From the IMG/VR virus record IMGVR_UViG_3300040806_003461, positions 16,662 through 80,661 of that record: 64,000 nucleotides of DNA; one strand, given 5' to 3'. Below the pieces are notes generated by a model that was not told the origin of the DNA, did not search any database, and saw only the letters and a program-made list of their open reading frames with translations. This DNA is from a virus. Both the position numbers and the translations under genes were made by a program. Below are positions 45,040 to 54,477 of the stretch, in pieces. The stretch's first letter is position 1. The number at the start of each line of letters is the position of its first letter.

Positions 45040-45512
45040 TATGCCGCCTCCAACACTTTATTTAGATCTTTGAAAGGAACCATCTCACCAGATTGCATTT
45101 CATAGGTGAGTTTAAAGTGAGCACGTTCACCACCTTCTTGTGGGATCCAAGACTCGTGAGCTGCAGCAATTTCTGGACGCATATAGCCGTATTCGTCGTT
45201 TTTAACAATACGGTCTGCTAACCAACGGTCGCCACCCCAAGAAAACTCGATTGGAGTTTCCCATTCCTCACACTCGTTGGCATCATCCTCTACTACCTCG
45301 AAGCCAAGGATATACTCTTCGTAATAGTCGTTTTTCTCTTCAATGAGTTTCTGAAGAGTAGGAATGCCACCACGAGCGCGCTCAGCTTGGCGGGCATCAA
45401 GATTACGTACTACATAGGTGTTGCCACCTTTGAACTTCCAATAGTACTCACCGTTAAAGCCATTGTGAGCAGCATAGTTTTCGCGGATTTGAGTTTGAAT
45501 GACAAGTTTCAT
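45039..45512 (-). CDS. Hypothetical early protein
   Basis: TQIRENYAAH...YWKFKGGNTY; SD AGGAG. Confidence 0.75.
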   Translation of the reverse strand: MKLVIQTQIRENYAAHNGFNGEYYWKFKGGNTYVVRNLDARQAERARGGIPTLQKLIEEKNDYYEEYILGFEVVEDDANECEEWETPIEFSWGGDRWLADRIVKNDEYGYMRPEIAAAHESWIPQEGGERAHFKLTYEMQSGEMVPFKDLNKVLEAA

Positions 45513-45515
45513 GGT

Positions 45516-45779
45516 TTAAGACTCCTGACCAATTTTGAAAAATTCTTGAGCTTCTTCTACAGTAACCTGTGCAGTTAACAGCAGATTGCTCAAATCTCTA
45601 GGACCGAAAACAGTACCTACTCGAGTAAGAGCATCGCCGAAAGAAGCCATACGATTATAACGACCAATTTCTGCATCCTTCAAACCTTTCATAGGAGCGG
45701 TTGCCGAAATGTCCATCAAGCGACGGCCAATACGAGCAAGGATGAGTTCGTTAGCTGTTGGATCGTAGTAGTTTGTCAT
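45516..45779 (-). CDS. Hypothetical early protein (MTNYYDP...)
   Basis: The ORF-track start at 45812 lies inside the -10 box; ATG 45779 is the plausible start. Confidence 0.65.
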   Translation of the reverse strand: MTNYYDPTANELILARIGRRLMDISATAPMKGLKDAEIGRYNRMASFGDALTRVGTVFGPRDLSNLLLTAQVTVEEAQEFFKIGQES

Positions 45780-45810
45780 AAGTTTTTGCCTTTTCCTATT
45801 TAATATAACC

Positions 45811-45839
45811 ATTCTAAATCAAAACGAAACGAATGTCAA
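45811..45839 (-). promoter_or_regulatory. Early promoter cassette 2
   Basis: TTGACATTCG-...-17-TAGAAT; leader GGTTATATTAAATAGGAAA. Confidence 0.7.
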
Positions 45840-45868
45840 TAGTTTTTTTCATTTTATTTCATATTTTT

Positions 45869-46234
45869 TTAAAGATGCAGTTCAACCTCATCATATCCTG
45901 TCTTACCATAGACAGAGCGGACAAACCATGCCTCTCCATCAAACAAGTAAAGATAATCAGCGCCTGCGTAATCTGCAGCTTCGTCAAAGAAATGTTGTGG
46001 GGATTCGTATTTGACTGATGGTTCGTTATGAACTGATTCTACAACCGATTCGTAAAGGTCAGCTTTCAAACTTGACAAGTAACCAGCATTAGCAACGTTC
46101 TTTGCCAACTCAGGAGTGTTATAGTTCTCAACAAGCATTTTGCCGTTATAAGAAATATAACCGTCGTAATGGCAATAAGTTGCTGTAACAGTTCCGTCTT
46201 CGTTATAACAACCGATCATTGAAGCAGTACCCAT
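45869..46234 (-). CDS. Conserved phage hypothetical protein
   Basis: YCHYDGY...GKML..NY and YLYLFDGEAW motifs. Confidence 0.75.
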   Translation of the reverse strand: MGTASMIGCYNEDGTVTATYCHYDGYISYNGKMLVENYNTPELAKNVANAGYLSSLKADLYESVVESVHNEPSVKYESPQHFFDEAADYAGADYLYLFDGEAWFVRSVYGKTGYDEVELHL

Positions 46235-46264
46235 AATTTAGTTCCTTTCCTATTTGATATAACC

Positions 46265-46315
46265 ATAATAATCTAAACGAAAAGGAATGTCAACAGGAAA
46301 ATGAAATTATTTCAT
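46265..46315 (-). promoter_or_regulatory. Early promoter cassette 3 with palindrome ATGAAATTATTTCAT
   Basis: TTGACA-17-TATTAT; leader GGTTATATCAAATAGGAAA; inverted repeat at 46301-46315. Confidence 0.7.
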
Positions 46316-46348
46316 ATTTTTTTAGAATTTTTTGTTATATGGATATTC

Positions 46349-47557
46349 CTAAACCTTGCGGAATATCAACGACGAATTTGCTCCGCCAAACCCAAAGGAA
46401 TTTGACATCACTGTGGTCAGTTCCGCGTCAACACTTTGACGGACAAGAGGATAATCCTCAAAACCTTCGTCGGTTTCTTGAAGGTTTGCCGTGCCAGCAA
46501 TAAAGTTTTTATTCATCATAATGATTGAATAGATTGCTTCCTGAACACCTGCTGCGCCGATACCGTGTCCTGTTAGAGACTTTGTAGAACTAATTGGTGG
46601 TATATTGTCCGGACCAAAGGCTGATCTAATGGCCTGTAGTTCCTTTGTATCACCCACTGGTGTCCCAGTTGCGTGCGCATTAATATAGTCAATTTCTGGC
46701 CAATTGGGTTTCATTGCTTTTTGCATACAACGAACAGCACCTTCGCCAGATGGATGCGCCATATCATATCCGTCCGAGGTTGCGCCATAACCGATAATTT
46801 CACAATAGATCTTTGCGCCTCGAGCAATTGCTGTATCGTAATCCTCAAGGATCAAACAGCCACTACCTTCTCCAGGAACGAATCCATCTCGGTTTTTATC
46901 AAACGGACGTGATGCCGCGGTAGGATTGTCATTATACTTTGAAGATAAAGCCATTAAAGCATCGAGCATTGCAGCAATACTATAATGATTAGTTTCAGCA
47001 CCGCCAACAAGCATACGATCTTGATAACCGTTGGCAATGGTTCTAAATCCTTCACCAATACAGTGGCCGCTTGAAGAACAAGCTGAAGAGATTGTAAACC
47101 CTTCACCATAAATCTTAAGAGCTTTTGTAAGATTTGCAGAAGTAGTAGAGTTCATAATCTTAAACACAATAGTTGGTTCTCGATGAACTCCTTTACGAAC
47201 ATAAACGTCTTGCGCATATTGTTGAAACTCAGAAGATGAAGTACCCGATCCAAAATACAAGCCAGTATCTGGGTTGCTTACTTCATTATCAGTAAGTCCT
47301 GCATCTTCAATTGCTGAAAGACAAGACAAATAACCCATTGCTGCTGTAGGACCCATCCAACGATAGTGTTGTCGGTCTACAACGTCAACCGGTTTAAAGT
47401 CGCACATGCCAGCAATATTACATCGCATGTCTACAATTGCGTAATCAGGATTATGTTTAATTCCTGAGTTACCTTCTCTTAGGTTTTTTTCTACAGTTTC
47501 AAGATCATTACCGATTGGGGATCTAATACCGATCCCCGTGACGACAACTCTACGCAC
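46349..47557 (-). CDS. fabB: Beta-ketoacyl-ACP synthase I (FabB)
   Basis: RRVVVTGIG, SACSSS catalytic Cys, YINAHATGT, KSLTGH, SNSFGFGG. Confidence 0.9.
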   Translation of the reverse strand: MRRVVVTGIGIRSPIGNDLETVEKNLREGNSGIKHNPDYAIVDMRCNIAGMCDFKPVDVVDRQHYRWMGPTAAMGYLSCLSAIEDAGLTDNEVSNPDTGLYFGSGTSSSEFQQYAQDVYVRKGVHREPTIVFKIMNSTTSANLTKALKIYGEGFTISSACSSSGHCIGEGFRTIANGYQDRMLVGGAETNHYSIAAMLDALMALSSKYNDNPTAASRPFDKNRDGFVPGEGSGCLILEDYDTAIARGAKIYCEIIGYGATSDGYDMAHPSGEGAVRCMQKAMKPNWPEIDYINAHATGTPVGDTKELQAIRSAFGPDNIPPISSTKSLTGHGIGAAGVQEAIYSIIMMNKNFIAGTANLQETDEGFEDYPLVRQSVDAELTTVMSNSFGFGGANSSLIFRKV

Positions 47558-47759
47558 GTTTGCGTTCTCCTACAAGTTGACTGATTACATCCCGTGTATG
47601 CTTACTGTCGCGTACACTAGTTTTCAAAAAAGAAGCAAGTACTGCAATTTTTGCGTCTTTGTCCTGAATGGTAGAAAGATACGATTCGACCAAAGCATCA
47701 GCTTCGTCATATGTAAGACCAGATTTAAAACGAGTTAGGGAAAGATTTTGTCCAAACAT
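47550..47759 (-). CDS. Hypothetical protein
   Basis: Overlaps both neighbours in operon fashion. Confidence 0.6.
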   Translation of the reverse strand: MFGQNLSLTRFKSGLTYDEADALVESYLSTIQDKDAKIAVLASFLKTSVRDSKHTRDVISQLVGERKRA

Positions 47760-48133
47760 TATGCTGCCTCCAATTCACAGACTTCTTCAAAACCAAAATC
47801 AGCAACTACCCATACGATGTTGTTGCCGTCAATTACGATATCACCAACTGATACAGAATGCATACGATCAAGGCGTTCAATGCTTTCTTCAGGACCCATG
47901 TTTCCGATACGGAAAACATGCTCAAGGTCAGAAGCTTCAATGTTTGCTACGTGAGTGTAGTATTCAGCATCAAAAGCATCTTTAGCAAGTTCTTCAATTT
48001 TCTTGCCAACCAAGCGCGGGAAATCCATATCACGACGAGCTTTGAACTTTGGTACAGCGTTGAAATCACCAGTTTCGTTGATTAGATCAGCTTCTGCATC
48101 GGTAACGCGGATTTGCAAGATTTGGTATTTCAT
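47759..48133 (-). CDS. YodL-like domain protein
   Basis: LEHVFRIGN...MHSVSVGDIV. Confidence 0.65.
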   Translation of the reverse strand: MKYQILQIRVTDAEADLINETGDFNAVPKFKARRDMDFPRLVGKKIEELAKDAFDAEYYTHVANIEASDLEHVFRIGNMGPEESIERLDRMHSVSVGDIVIDGNNIVWVVADFGFEEVCELEAA

Positions 48134-48167
48134 AATGTATTCCTTTGTTGATTTACCTTATATATCT

Positions 48168-48230
48168 ATACTATCTAAAGTTCGTAGCAATGTCAACAAC
48201 TTTTTTCACAAATTATGAAATTATTTCATA
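48168..48230 (-). promoter_or_regulatory. Early promoter cassette 4 with palindrome TATGAAATTATTTCATA
   Basis: TTGACA-17-TAGTAT; inverted repeat at 48214-48230. Confidence 0.7.
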
Positions 48231-48505
48231 TTTTTTTCTCGAGCTGCGTCCTCGGCCTCAATAACTCCTCTGAGCGAAGCAATAAGTTCTTCCGCGAGTT
48301 CAACCTGTCTTAAAGTAATTCTATGAGGAGTGTTAGGAAACAAGAACGGTAGAAATGCGTGGGTATAACCTGTAATCGCATTTACCAATCCAAATGTACT
48401 CAATTTGATAGCAAACCACATATGCTCAAAATATCCAGAACGAACTTCTTGTAAGTGCTCAGTATTAATCAGATATCCATATCTGCCTAAATTACCAAAC
48501 TTCAT
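48221..48505 (-). CDS. DUF6356-like small membrane-associated protein, paralog 2
   Basis: HLQEVRSGYFEH...HAFLPFLF. Confidence 0.6.
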   Translation of the reverse strand: MKFGNLGRYGYLINTEHLQEVRSGYFEHMWFAIKLSTFGLVNAITGYTHAFLPFLFPNTPHRITLRQVELAEELIASLRGVIEAEDAAREKNMK

Positions 48506-48506
48506 T

Positions 48507-48719
48507 TCATACCTCGTGGTGCTCAAACGTTTCGTTTACCAAGCTCGCCAGTTTCTTCGCCGCATTCATAGATGCTTTCTCCAAAGCAAATGGGAATAGG
48601 GCATGGATTGAACTTGTTACGAATACTGCTACAGACCAAATGACCATGTTTAGGCCGATCTTAATGTGGCCGAAGTATCCAGTATTTGCCTTATTTAAAT
48701 GTTGAGTTAGTGTAGTCAT
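48507..48719 (-). CDS. DUF6356-like small membrane-associated protein, paralog 1
   Basis: HLNKANTGYFGH...IHALFPF; strong SD AGGAGG. Confidence 0.65.
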   Translation of the reverse strand: MTTLTQHLNKANTGYFGHIKIGLNMVIWSVAVFVTSSIHALFPFALEKASMNAAKKLASLVNETFEHHEV

Positions 48720-48747
48720 AAGCGCATCCTCCTTTTGTGTGCGATGT

Positions 48748-48755
48748 TATTTATA
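48748..48755 (-). promoter_or_regulatory. Late promoter TATAAATA
   Basis: Exact consensus 29 nt upstream of 48719. Confidence 0.65.
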
Positions 48756-49410
48756 CATACCATGGAGTAAAAGAATAAACCGGCAAAGCAGGATCCCGGC
48801 AATTCAACACCATGTAATTGAACCAAGATGTTTTTCCTGCTTCAACTTTTCTTGTAAACTTTATACGAGACATTAGATAGTTAGTATCAAACGCACTCCA
48901 TAACAGTCCGTACTTACCTTTCGTATATGATACGTTTTTCTTTTCAAAATATAAATCATAATACTTGTCACGAAACTTTTGAATAAACTGTTCGTTATCT
49001 GGATCAATGTATGTGAACACGATTTGTTTCGTATAATGGGATAGCGTTTTGAGGCAAAGCATTACCTCACAGATATCCATATGGGTAAAGACACTATTCG
49101 CAAATACAATGTCATAATATTGTGGAATAAATGGAAATTTTTCTTTAGGATTGCCGTCAGGATTGTAGTGCTCGTGATAATAATCCCAATGGATTGTTGA
49201 AACGCCAGGGTTTTCTTTTTCGCATAATCGTAATGCTTCTGTGCTTACATCAAGACAAGTATAATTTTCTGGTTTAATTTTGCCTTCGCTTGAAGCAATT
49301 AGATTACCTCGGTTGCCGCCAAAGTCTAAAATAGTCTTATCTTCATAATCGTCGACAATCTGTGTAAAAATATCAAACACATTTGCCTTTCTAAATATCG
49401 AAGAGTTCAC
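48751..49410 (-). CDS. Class I SAM-dependent methyltransferase
   Basis: ILDFGGNRG, CLDVS, YDIVFANSVFTHM. Confidence 0.85.
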   Translation of the reverse strand: MNSSIFRKANVFDIFTQIVDDYEDKTILDFGGNRGNLIASSEGKIKPENYTCLDVSTEALRLCEKENPGVSTIHWDYYHEHYNPDGNPKEKFPFIPQYYDIVFANSVFTHMDICEVMLCLKTLSHYTKQIVFTYIDPDNEQFIQKFRDKYYDLYFEKKNVSYTKGKYGLLWSAFDTNYLMSRIKFTRKVEAGKTSWFNYMVLNCRDPALPVYSFTPWYV

Positions 49411-49897
49411 TTTCTTTACCTTTAATCATTTCCAACACCTCATCATAATCCATATCATCAATTGTAAAGCGGCACATAATACGCGTATCGTCAGTTTTAA
49501 CGCCGTGCAATTCTTGTACGTTTAACATAGCGCATTTGTAATATATATTATATTTATCATCAAACGTAACAGGACCTTCACCATTTAAAATAATATTGAT
49601 AGCAACAGTTGCGCCAACATCACGATGAGAATTTAAATCTGAATGCGCAGCCTGTCTATAATATCGCGGTTTAACTCGAGTCCCAATCATATGCGATAAT
49701 CTGTTTGCGATTGAATGCGCAAGATCGCAATCTACCATATCGTCAAGACGTATTACATCCATCTCTTCAAGGGTACGAGTAATTGTTCCGTTGGATGCAG
49801 TATACTTTTTAGCTCGATGAAGATTGTCGTAAAACTCATCTTTAAGATCTTCGACCAATTGTTTAGATATCGGCAAATGCGTTAGATATTTTTTCAT
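49391..49897 (-). CDS. Putative 2OG-Fe(II) oxygenase (DSBH fold)
   Basis: HRD...AINI...LHGV...R facial triad pattern. Confidence 0.65.
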   Translation of the reverse strand: MKKYLTHLPISKQLVEDLKDEFYDNLHRAKKYTASNGTITRTLEEMDVIRLDDMVDCDLAHSIANRLSHMIGTRVKPRYYRQAAHSDLNSHRDVGATVAINIILNGEGPVTFDDKYNIYYKCAMLNVQELHGVKTDDTRIMCRFTIDDMDYDEVLEMIKGKESELFDI

Positions 49898-50478
49898 GGC
49901 AATATATCCGCCACAAAATGAATGCGATCTGTTCCGCTGGCGTTAAGTGCCGTATGGTAACCTTTATCGGTATGAGCAAAAGTCCATTCTCCTAATGGAA
50001 GATGGTATATCTCATCCTCAATAATCATAAGGCATCCTTCATCAGTTTGAATTGGATAATGAACTCGTGGTATAGGATCAATGTGCCAATTCATACAAGT
50101 ACGTGGTTTTGATTTGAGCAATCTTACACGGCCTATATTGAACCTTTTCTTTAATACATTATACATATCTTCAAATAGAGTACCGACAAACACATCGCAC
50201 AATTCCCAATCGTAAACTGAGCTAGGTTTCATTGGAATTCTAACGTCACCTTCCGGTGTATGGCGGATAAAGAAATCGCTTTTACCTTTGTCGGCAAAAA
50301 ATCCCGCTCCAAAATTAACATCATCAGTATATCCAGGAGCAGCATTTAAACAAATCTGTTCAGCACTTAATGGGTGTGAAGGTTGCAACCAAGATACCTC
50401 GCCTGTTCGTTTAAGTAATTCTATTTCATTCAATAAACCGCTAAATTTTTGGAGTGGCATTTTTTCAAAATATTTCAT
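49894..50478 (-). CDS. Aspartyl/asparaginyl beta-hydroxylase-like 2OG-Fe(II) oxygenase
   Basis: GRVRLL...WHID..RVHYPI...HTALN..DRIHFV. Confidence 0.8.
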   Translation of the reverse strand: MKYFEKMPLQKFSGLLNEIELLKRTGEVSWLQPSHPLSAEQICLNAAPGYTDDVNFGAGFFADKGKSDFFIRHTPEGDVRIPMKPSSVYDWELCDVFVGTLFEDMYNVLKKRFNIGRVRLLKSKPRTCMNWHIDPIPRVHYPIQTDEGCLMIIEDEIYHLPLGEWTFAHTDKGYHTALNASGTDRIHFVADILP

Positions 50479-52007
50479 AGTCCTAAAAAGCTTTCTACTT
50501 TATCATAATAACTTCTTTGCATATACGCTTTAGCGCGTTCTTTAACTGCAGGATCTTCAAACAATTGCGTAAACGTCATCTTACGTAATTCTGAAAATTC
50601 ATACCCAAGGCATTGATAAAACATAAGGAAAAAAGTTGCTACCTTAATATCGTCAATGAATTCGGCTTGTAATTTTTTAGTATACTCAACAGCCTCAACA
50701 CTGGTCCAATCGTCGCGGATCCAACGTTTTGTATCAGGCTCAACATAAAAACCGTATTCCTCGTGCCTTATAGATAATTCTGATGCTGTACCTAATTCCA
50801 ATGGGCTAAACGAATACGAATCAAATAGATCTGAGTTTTTAAATAACTCTTTTGTCCATACATCCATTGTTTCTTCATTGTCGTGTGGCAATCCTGTAAT
50901 AAAACTACCATACACACTCAGCTCTTGATTGAATACTTCCTTTGAGCGGCGGATTGTTTCAAAGATCTTATCTTTACTACAACCTTTTCCAATAGCTTTT
51001 GCCGCGTCAGGATTTAAACTTTCAATGCCTAAGAACCACGCACAGCAATTAATTCGCTTCAGATAATCAAGTTGCTCAGGATATCTTACAATTAAATCAA
51101 TACGGATAAATGCTGAAAACTGTAATTGCTCAGGAAGATTCAATTCTTCAATCGCTTCGGCAATTGCCTGCAGCTTAACTGTTTGCTCATTAAATGTATC
51201 GTCAATGATTACGTATTTGGTTGTTCCGTATAGATCATAATTTTGTTGTAGCTCGTGTTTGATCTTTTCTTTTTCTCGAAGGAACGATAAGTCGCCTTTC
51301 TTTTTACCGATTAATGGATACGCACAGAATTTACATTTAAAAATACAACCTCGGCCGAACTCAATTCCCATTGCGTCTTCAGGATTCCAAAAATCCTCAG
51401 GCACATAATTGATTTGCGAGTTTCTAAAATCAAACTGATTTCCTTTTTGGTCAAAATCAATTACCTTCGGACTTGAACCATACGCAATATTGTAATTAAG
51501 GCGTGTTCCGTTTTTTAAATGGTCAGTAATATGCTCAGCCATTGCTTCACCCATACCAACAACATAATAGTCAATACAGTCCGCAACTTCTTTTTCTTGC
51601 GCGCGATGAGCATTCATCATTCCGCCATAAACAGTCTTAACACCTTTGGCACGGATATAGTCTGTCATCTGTTTAATATCTTCATCCTGTGTCGGCCATC
51701 GCCACAGAATATTTTTTCGAGCACCGTCTCGAGTATGCCGTTTTGTATAAACATCATCGCCGCGTCTCATAAACAACGTAGAACTAAATCCACACCATAA
51801 CGTATTTTCACCAATGAGTTTATCAAGCAACTCTTCCATTCTACCGTTCTTAATCCAATGGGTAAAGTTGTTTAATACAAACACACTATACCCAAGGTTA
51901 CGCATATGTGACGCAATCTTATAACCGCCAACAGCACGTGCTACCTGAAAGATAGGATCGCTGCCTTCAGTCATAATGATAATGTCATATGGTTTATCTA
52001 TTTTCAT
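50475..52007 (-). CDS. Cobalamin-dependent radical SAM enzyme
   Basis: N-terminal B12-binding-like domain (GFSST, YGG, VVGMGE), RGCIFKCKFC, DDTFN, GIES, ITGLP. Confidence 0.85.
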   Translation of the reverse strand: MKIDKPYDIIIMTEGSDPIFQVARAVGGYKIASHMRNLGYSVFVLNNFTHWIKNGRMEELLDKLIGENTLWCGFSSTLFMRRGDDVYTKRHTRDGARKNILWRWPTQDEDIKQMTDYIRAKGVKTVYGGMMNAHRAQEKEVADCIDYYVVGMGEAMAEHITDHLKNGTRLNYNIAYGSSPKVIDFDQKGNQFDFRNSQINYVPEDFWNPEDAMGIEFGRGCIFKCKFCAYPLIGKKKGDLSFLREKEKIKHELQQNYDLYGTTKYVIIDDTFNEQTVKLQAIAEAIEELNLPEQLQFSAFIRIDLIVRYPEQLDYLKRINCCAWFLGIESLNPDAAKAIGKGCSKDKIFETIRRSKEVFNQELSVYGSFITGLPHDNEETMDVWTKELFKNSDLFDSYSFSPLELGTASELSIRHEEYGFYVEPDTKRWIRDDWTSVEAVEYTKKLQAEFIDDIKVATFFLMFYQCLGYEFSELRKMTFTQLFEDPAVKERAKAYMQRSYYDKVESFLGL

Positions 52008-52008
52008 T

Positions 52009-52779
52009 TTAACCTTTTCTTGGATTTTTAAAATCTACAGGAGTGCCATCACGGCCAGTATACCAAAGCCATCCCCAATCATCAACAACGACCTGGTCCT
52101 TTGTATTAAACCAATCGTCATACACGCAAGAATCGCCTTTTACCCAAAGACAATTGTTTTCATCTACCTTCCATTCGCAATGGAATATGTTTCCAAGGAC
52201 CGTTGCATTTTTTGGTTGCTTAGTTAATGCCGCAATGACGTCAAATTTAGAACGGAATTTATGCATAATAGCATTTACTCCAATTTCAGTCATTCCCCAT
52301 ATTGTTATAACAGTTGCACCACGATCAACGAATGCTTCAATAATATCAAACGTGACAGGCTCAGATCCAACTAAAAATACTTTATCTTTTAAGTTAAGAT
52401 CTTTAAAGCCTTTTGTTCTCATCACAGCTAACGCTTGCTTCGGCGTTAAGTGCGTATGTGTATATTTATGGGCTATCTGCACATAACGATATGGGTTGAA
52501 CTTTTCAAGGTCAACAGTTGCTCCGGCCATTAAACCTGGAATTGTTTGGGCAAACAATGCGCCTGCTCTTTGTGGATTCAAACAAGTATAGATTACTGAA
52601 TTGCCAGTAATACCTTGCGTTTCAATAGCAGCGTGAGAATTTGCTATTGATTTATACGGAGGTTGAAATATTTCCTTAGGCTCTCCAGATGAACCACTTG
52701 TTTTAATTACAATCCCTTTCTCGGCGGCATCACGGAAATAATCCTCATCATAATTATCGTACCAAGTTCTTAACGGCAT
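52009..52779 (-). CDS. Minimal AMP-binding (ANL family) adenylating enzyme
   Basis: TSGSSGEPK (A3), WGMTE (A5), WFNTKD (A7), YTGRDG (A8); about 256 aa. Confidence 0.75.
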   Translation of the reverse strand: MPLRTWYDNYDEDYFRDAAEKGIVIKTSGSSGEPKEIFQPPYKSIANSHAAIETQGITGNSVIYTCLNPQRAGALFAQTIPGLMAGATVDLEKFNPYRYVQIAHKYTHTHLTPKQALAVMRTKGFKDLNLKDKVFLVGSEPVTFDIIEAFVDRGATVITIWGMTEIGVNAIMHKFRSKFDVIAALTKQPKNATVLGNIFHCEWKVDENNCLWVKGDSCVYDDWFNTKDQVVVDDWGWLWYTGRDGTPVDFKNPRKG

Positions 52780-52783
52780 ATAT

Positions 52784-53953
52784 TCACCTAAAGTAATTAA
52801 AACCAAATTCACGGTCTACGTATCGCAATACGTGATGACCCATAAATCTTTCGGTTATTGTTTTGAACATCTGATCTTCCTGATCTGCTACATATCTTTG
52901 TAATACATCAGTTTCTTTTAAATTATTTGAGGCTCGGTCTTTTGCCCAATCCCAAAATTCATTTTCATATATTGATCCACCGTGATATATCAAATTAATG
53001 AGATCTTCAACAGCACGGTAATTTAATACGCACAACTCGTTTGCTTCATCTTCATTAATTTCGCCTCTAATGTAATCCGATAAAATTTGAGTATTTTTAA
53101 CAGCCATATAAAGTGAGTTAGCACTCATAGGCTCAAAGAATACCGCTCTGTTACCATTCTTGAGCATACGTCCGTTGACTGTCTTTTTACAATAATATGG
53201 TTTAATTGGAAATGTTCTGAAGTCCTCAATATCATCCTCGGTCGCATTCGTGATACGAATAAGTTCTTCAATTGCCATTTTCTTATCGGCAAAATTATTA
53301 TTGTATAGCAATCCGTGTGAGGTGCGATGCTGCAACGGAATTACAAACATCCATCCATACTTATGAGCTACGTGACGAGTAAATCCAAAGTCAGAAGGTT
53401 CAGGATCGTCGTATACCAATGCCGAGTTTAAAATTAAATCACATTCTTTATAATCAGTAAAGTCTTGAGGTCTGCCTCGACAATCAATCACATAGTCAAA
53501 AACGCATAGCTCTTTGTTGATTGTTAATGCACAACCTGCGCTATCCCACATTGGATGGTCACCAACCTCTCCTTCAAGTAATGTATAATTTGGATAGAGT
53601 TTTTGTAATCTGTCTAAACCCATCTTTGCAAAATCACGGGCATCAAAATGAACGGCATGATAACCAGTTTGAAATGGAAAGATAATATCCTTTTCACGCC
53701 AATCAATATAATGCGTACCATATTTTGTCGTGCTGTTTAATTCCTTAGCCTCTGTGGCAAATATAAAGTCAAATGCTTGCCCAATCGCAAAGGTTACTTC
53801 TGAGGTTGTGCTTTCTCCTACGCCAAGAATTGGAATGTTTGGATCAAAAACATGAGTAACTTCACAGTCAATACCACGGTTTTTAAAATCTTTAAGAATA
53901 CAGCCGGTGGTTAAAATGCCTGCGCTGCCTGCTCCTAAGATTGCGATTTTCAT
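52784..53953 (-). CDS. Flavin-dependent halogenase (tryptophan halogenase family)
   Basis: GAGSAG, GVGEST, conserved Lys (TTKYG), GWMFVIPL, FFEPMSA. Confidence 0.8.
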   Translation of the reverse strand: MKIAILGAGSAGILTTGCILKDFKNRGIDCEVTHVFDPNIPILGVGESTTSEVTFAIGQAFDFIFATEAKELNSTTKYGTHYIDWREKDIIFPFQTGYHAVHFDARDFAKMGLDRLQKLYPNYTLLEGEVGDHPMWDSAGCALTINKELCVFDYVIDCRGRPQDFTDYKECDLILNSALVYDDPEPSDFGFTRHVAHKYGWMFVIPLQHRTSHGLLYNNNFADKKMAIEELIRITNATEDDIEDFRTFPIKPYYCKKTVNGRMLKNGNRAVFFEPMSANSLYMAVKNTQILSDYIRGEINEDEANELCVLNYRAVEDLINLIYHGGSIYENEFWDWAKDRASNNLKETDVLQRYVADQEDQMFKTITERFMGHHVLRYVDREFGFNYFR

Positions 53954-54477
53954 GCTTCACCTCTAACTTTCAAATACTTTTCTTGATTTAATAACCAAAT
54001 ATTTTGTTCCACACCGCGTACCTGTTCTTTACTAACATGACTAACGATACCATTCTTTTCGAGAATATAATATAAGCGATTTAGTCTAAGCATTGAACCG
54101 CTTGCATCGTTTTCGGTATTTGTTGTAATGTATATAGGTTCTCTATTAACAATATCAATCGCTAAAGGCAAATGGTATTTGAACATCCAACAATTCATAT
54201 GGTTACGGCTTAACCCACCAGGAATTGAATATAACTGGCATCCTCGGTACAATGCCCTATACCCATCTTTGAATTTATGTAATCCACTCACTCCAACAAT
54301 TTTATCTTCATCGTACGTGGCAAACCAGCAACCGCCACCTTTAATTGTTACAAAGAAATTCATACGCTCGAGTGAATCGTTGTTTTTAAACCCACGTTCT
54401 TTACAAGCATGGACAAATTCCATGAGATCTTCGTTTGCTTCAAATAAAATTTCTGTTCTGAATTCTGGCTTTATCAT
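53950..54477 (-). CDS. GNAT-like acyltransferase
   Basis: WFATYDEDKIVGVSGLH..YRALYRG, IYITTN beta-bulge pattern. Confidence 0.5.
   Translation of the reverse strand: MIKPEFRTEILFEANEDLMEFVHACKERGFKNNDSLERMNFFVTIKGGGCWFATYDEDKIVGVSGLHKFKDGYRALYRGCQLYSIPGGLSRNHMNCWMFKYHLPLAIDIVNREPIYITTNTENDASGSMLRLNRLYYILEKNGIVSHVSKEQVRGVEQNIWLLNQEKYLKVRGEA

Noticed and set aside
44614-48237. Dispersed intergenic repeats as a CRISPR array or mobile element ends
   Set aside because: Spaced by whole genes, degenerate, and explained by -35/-10 promoter architecture; no cas or transposase genes
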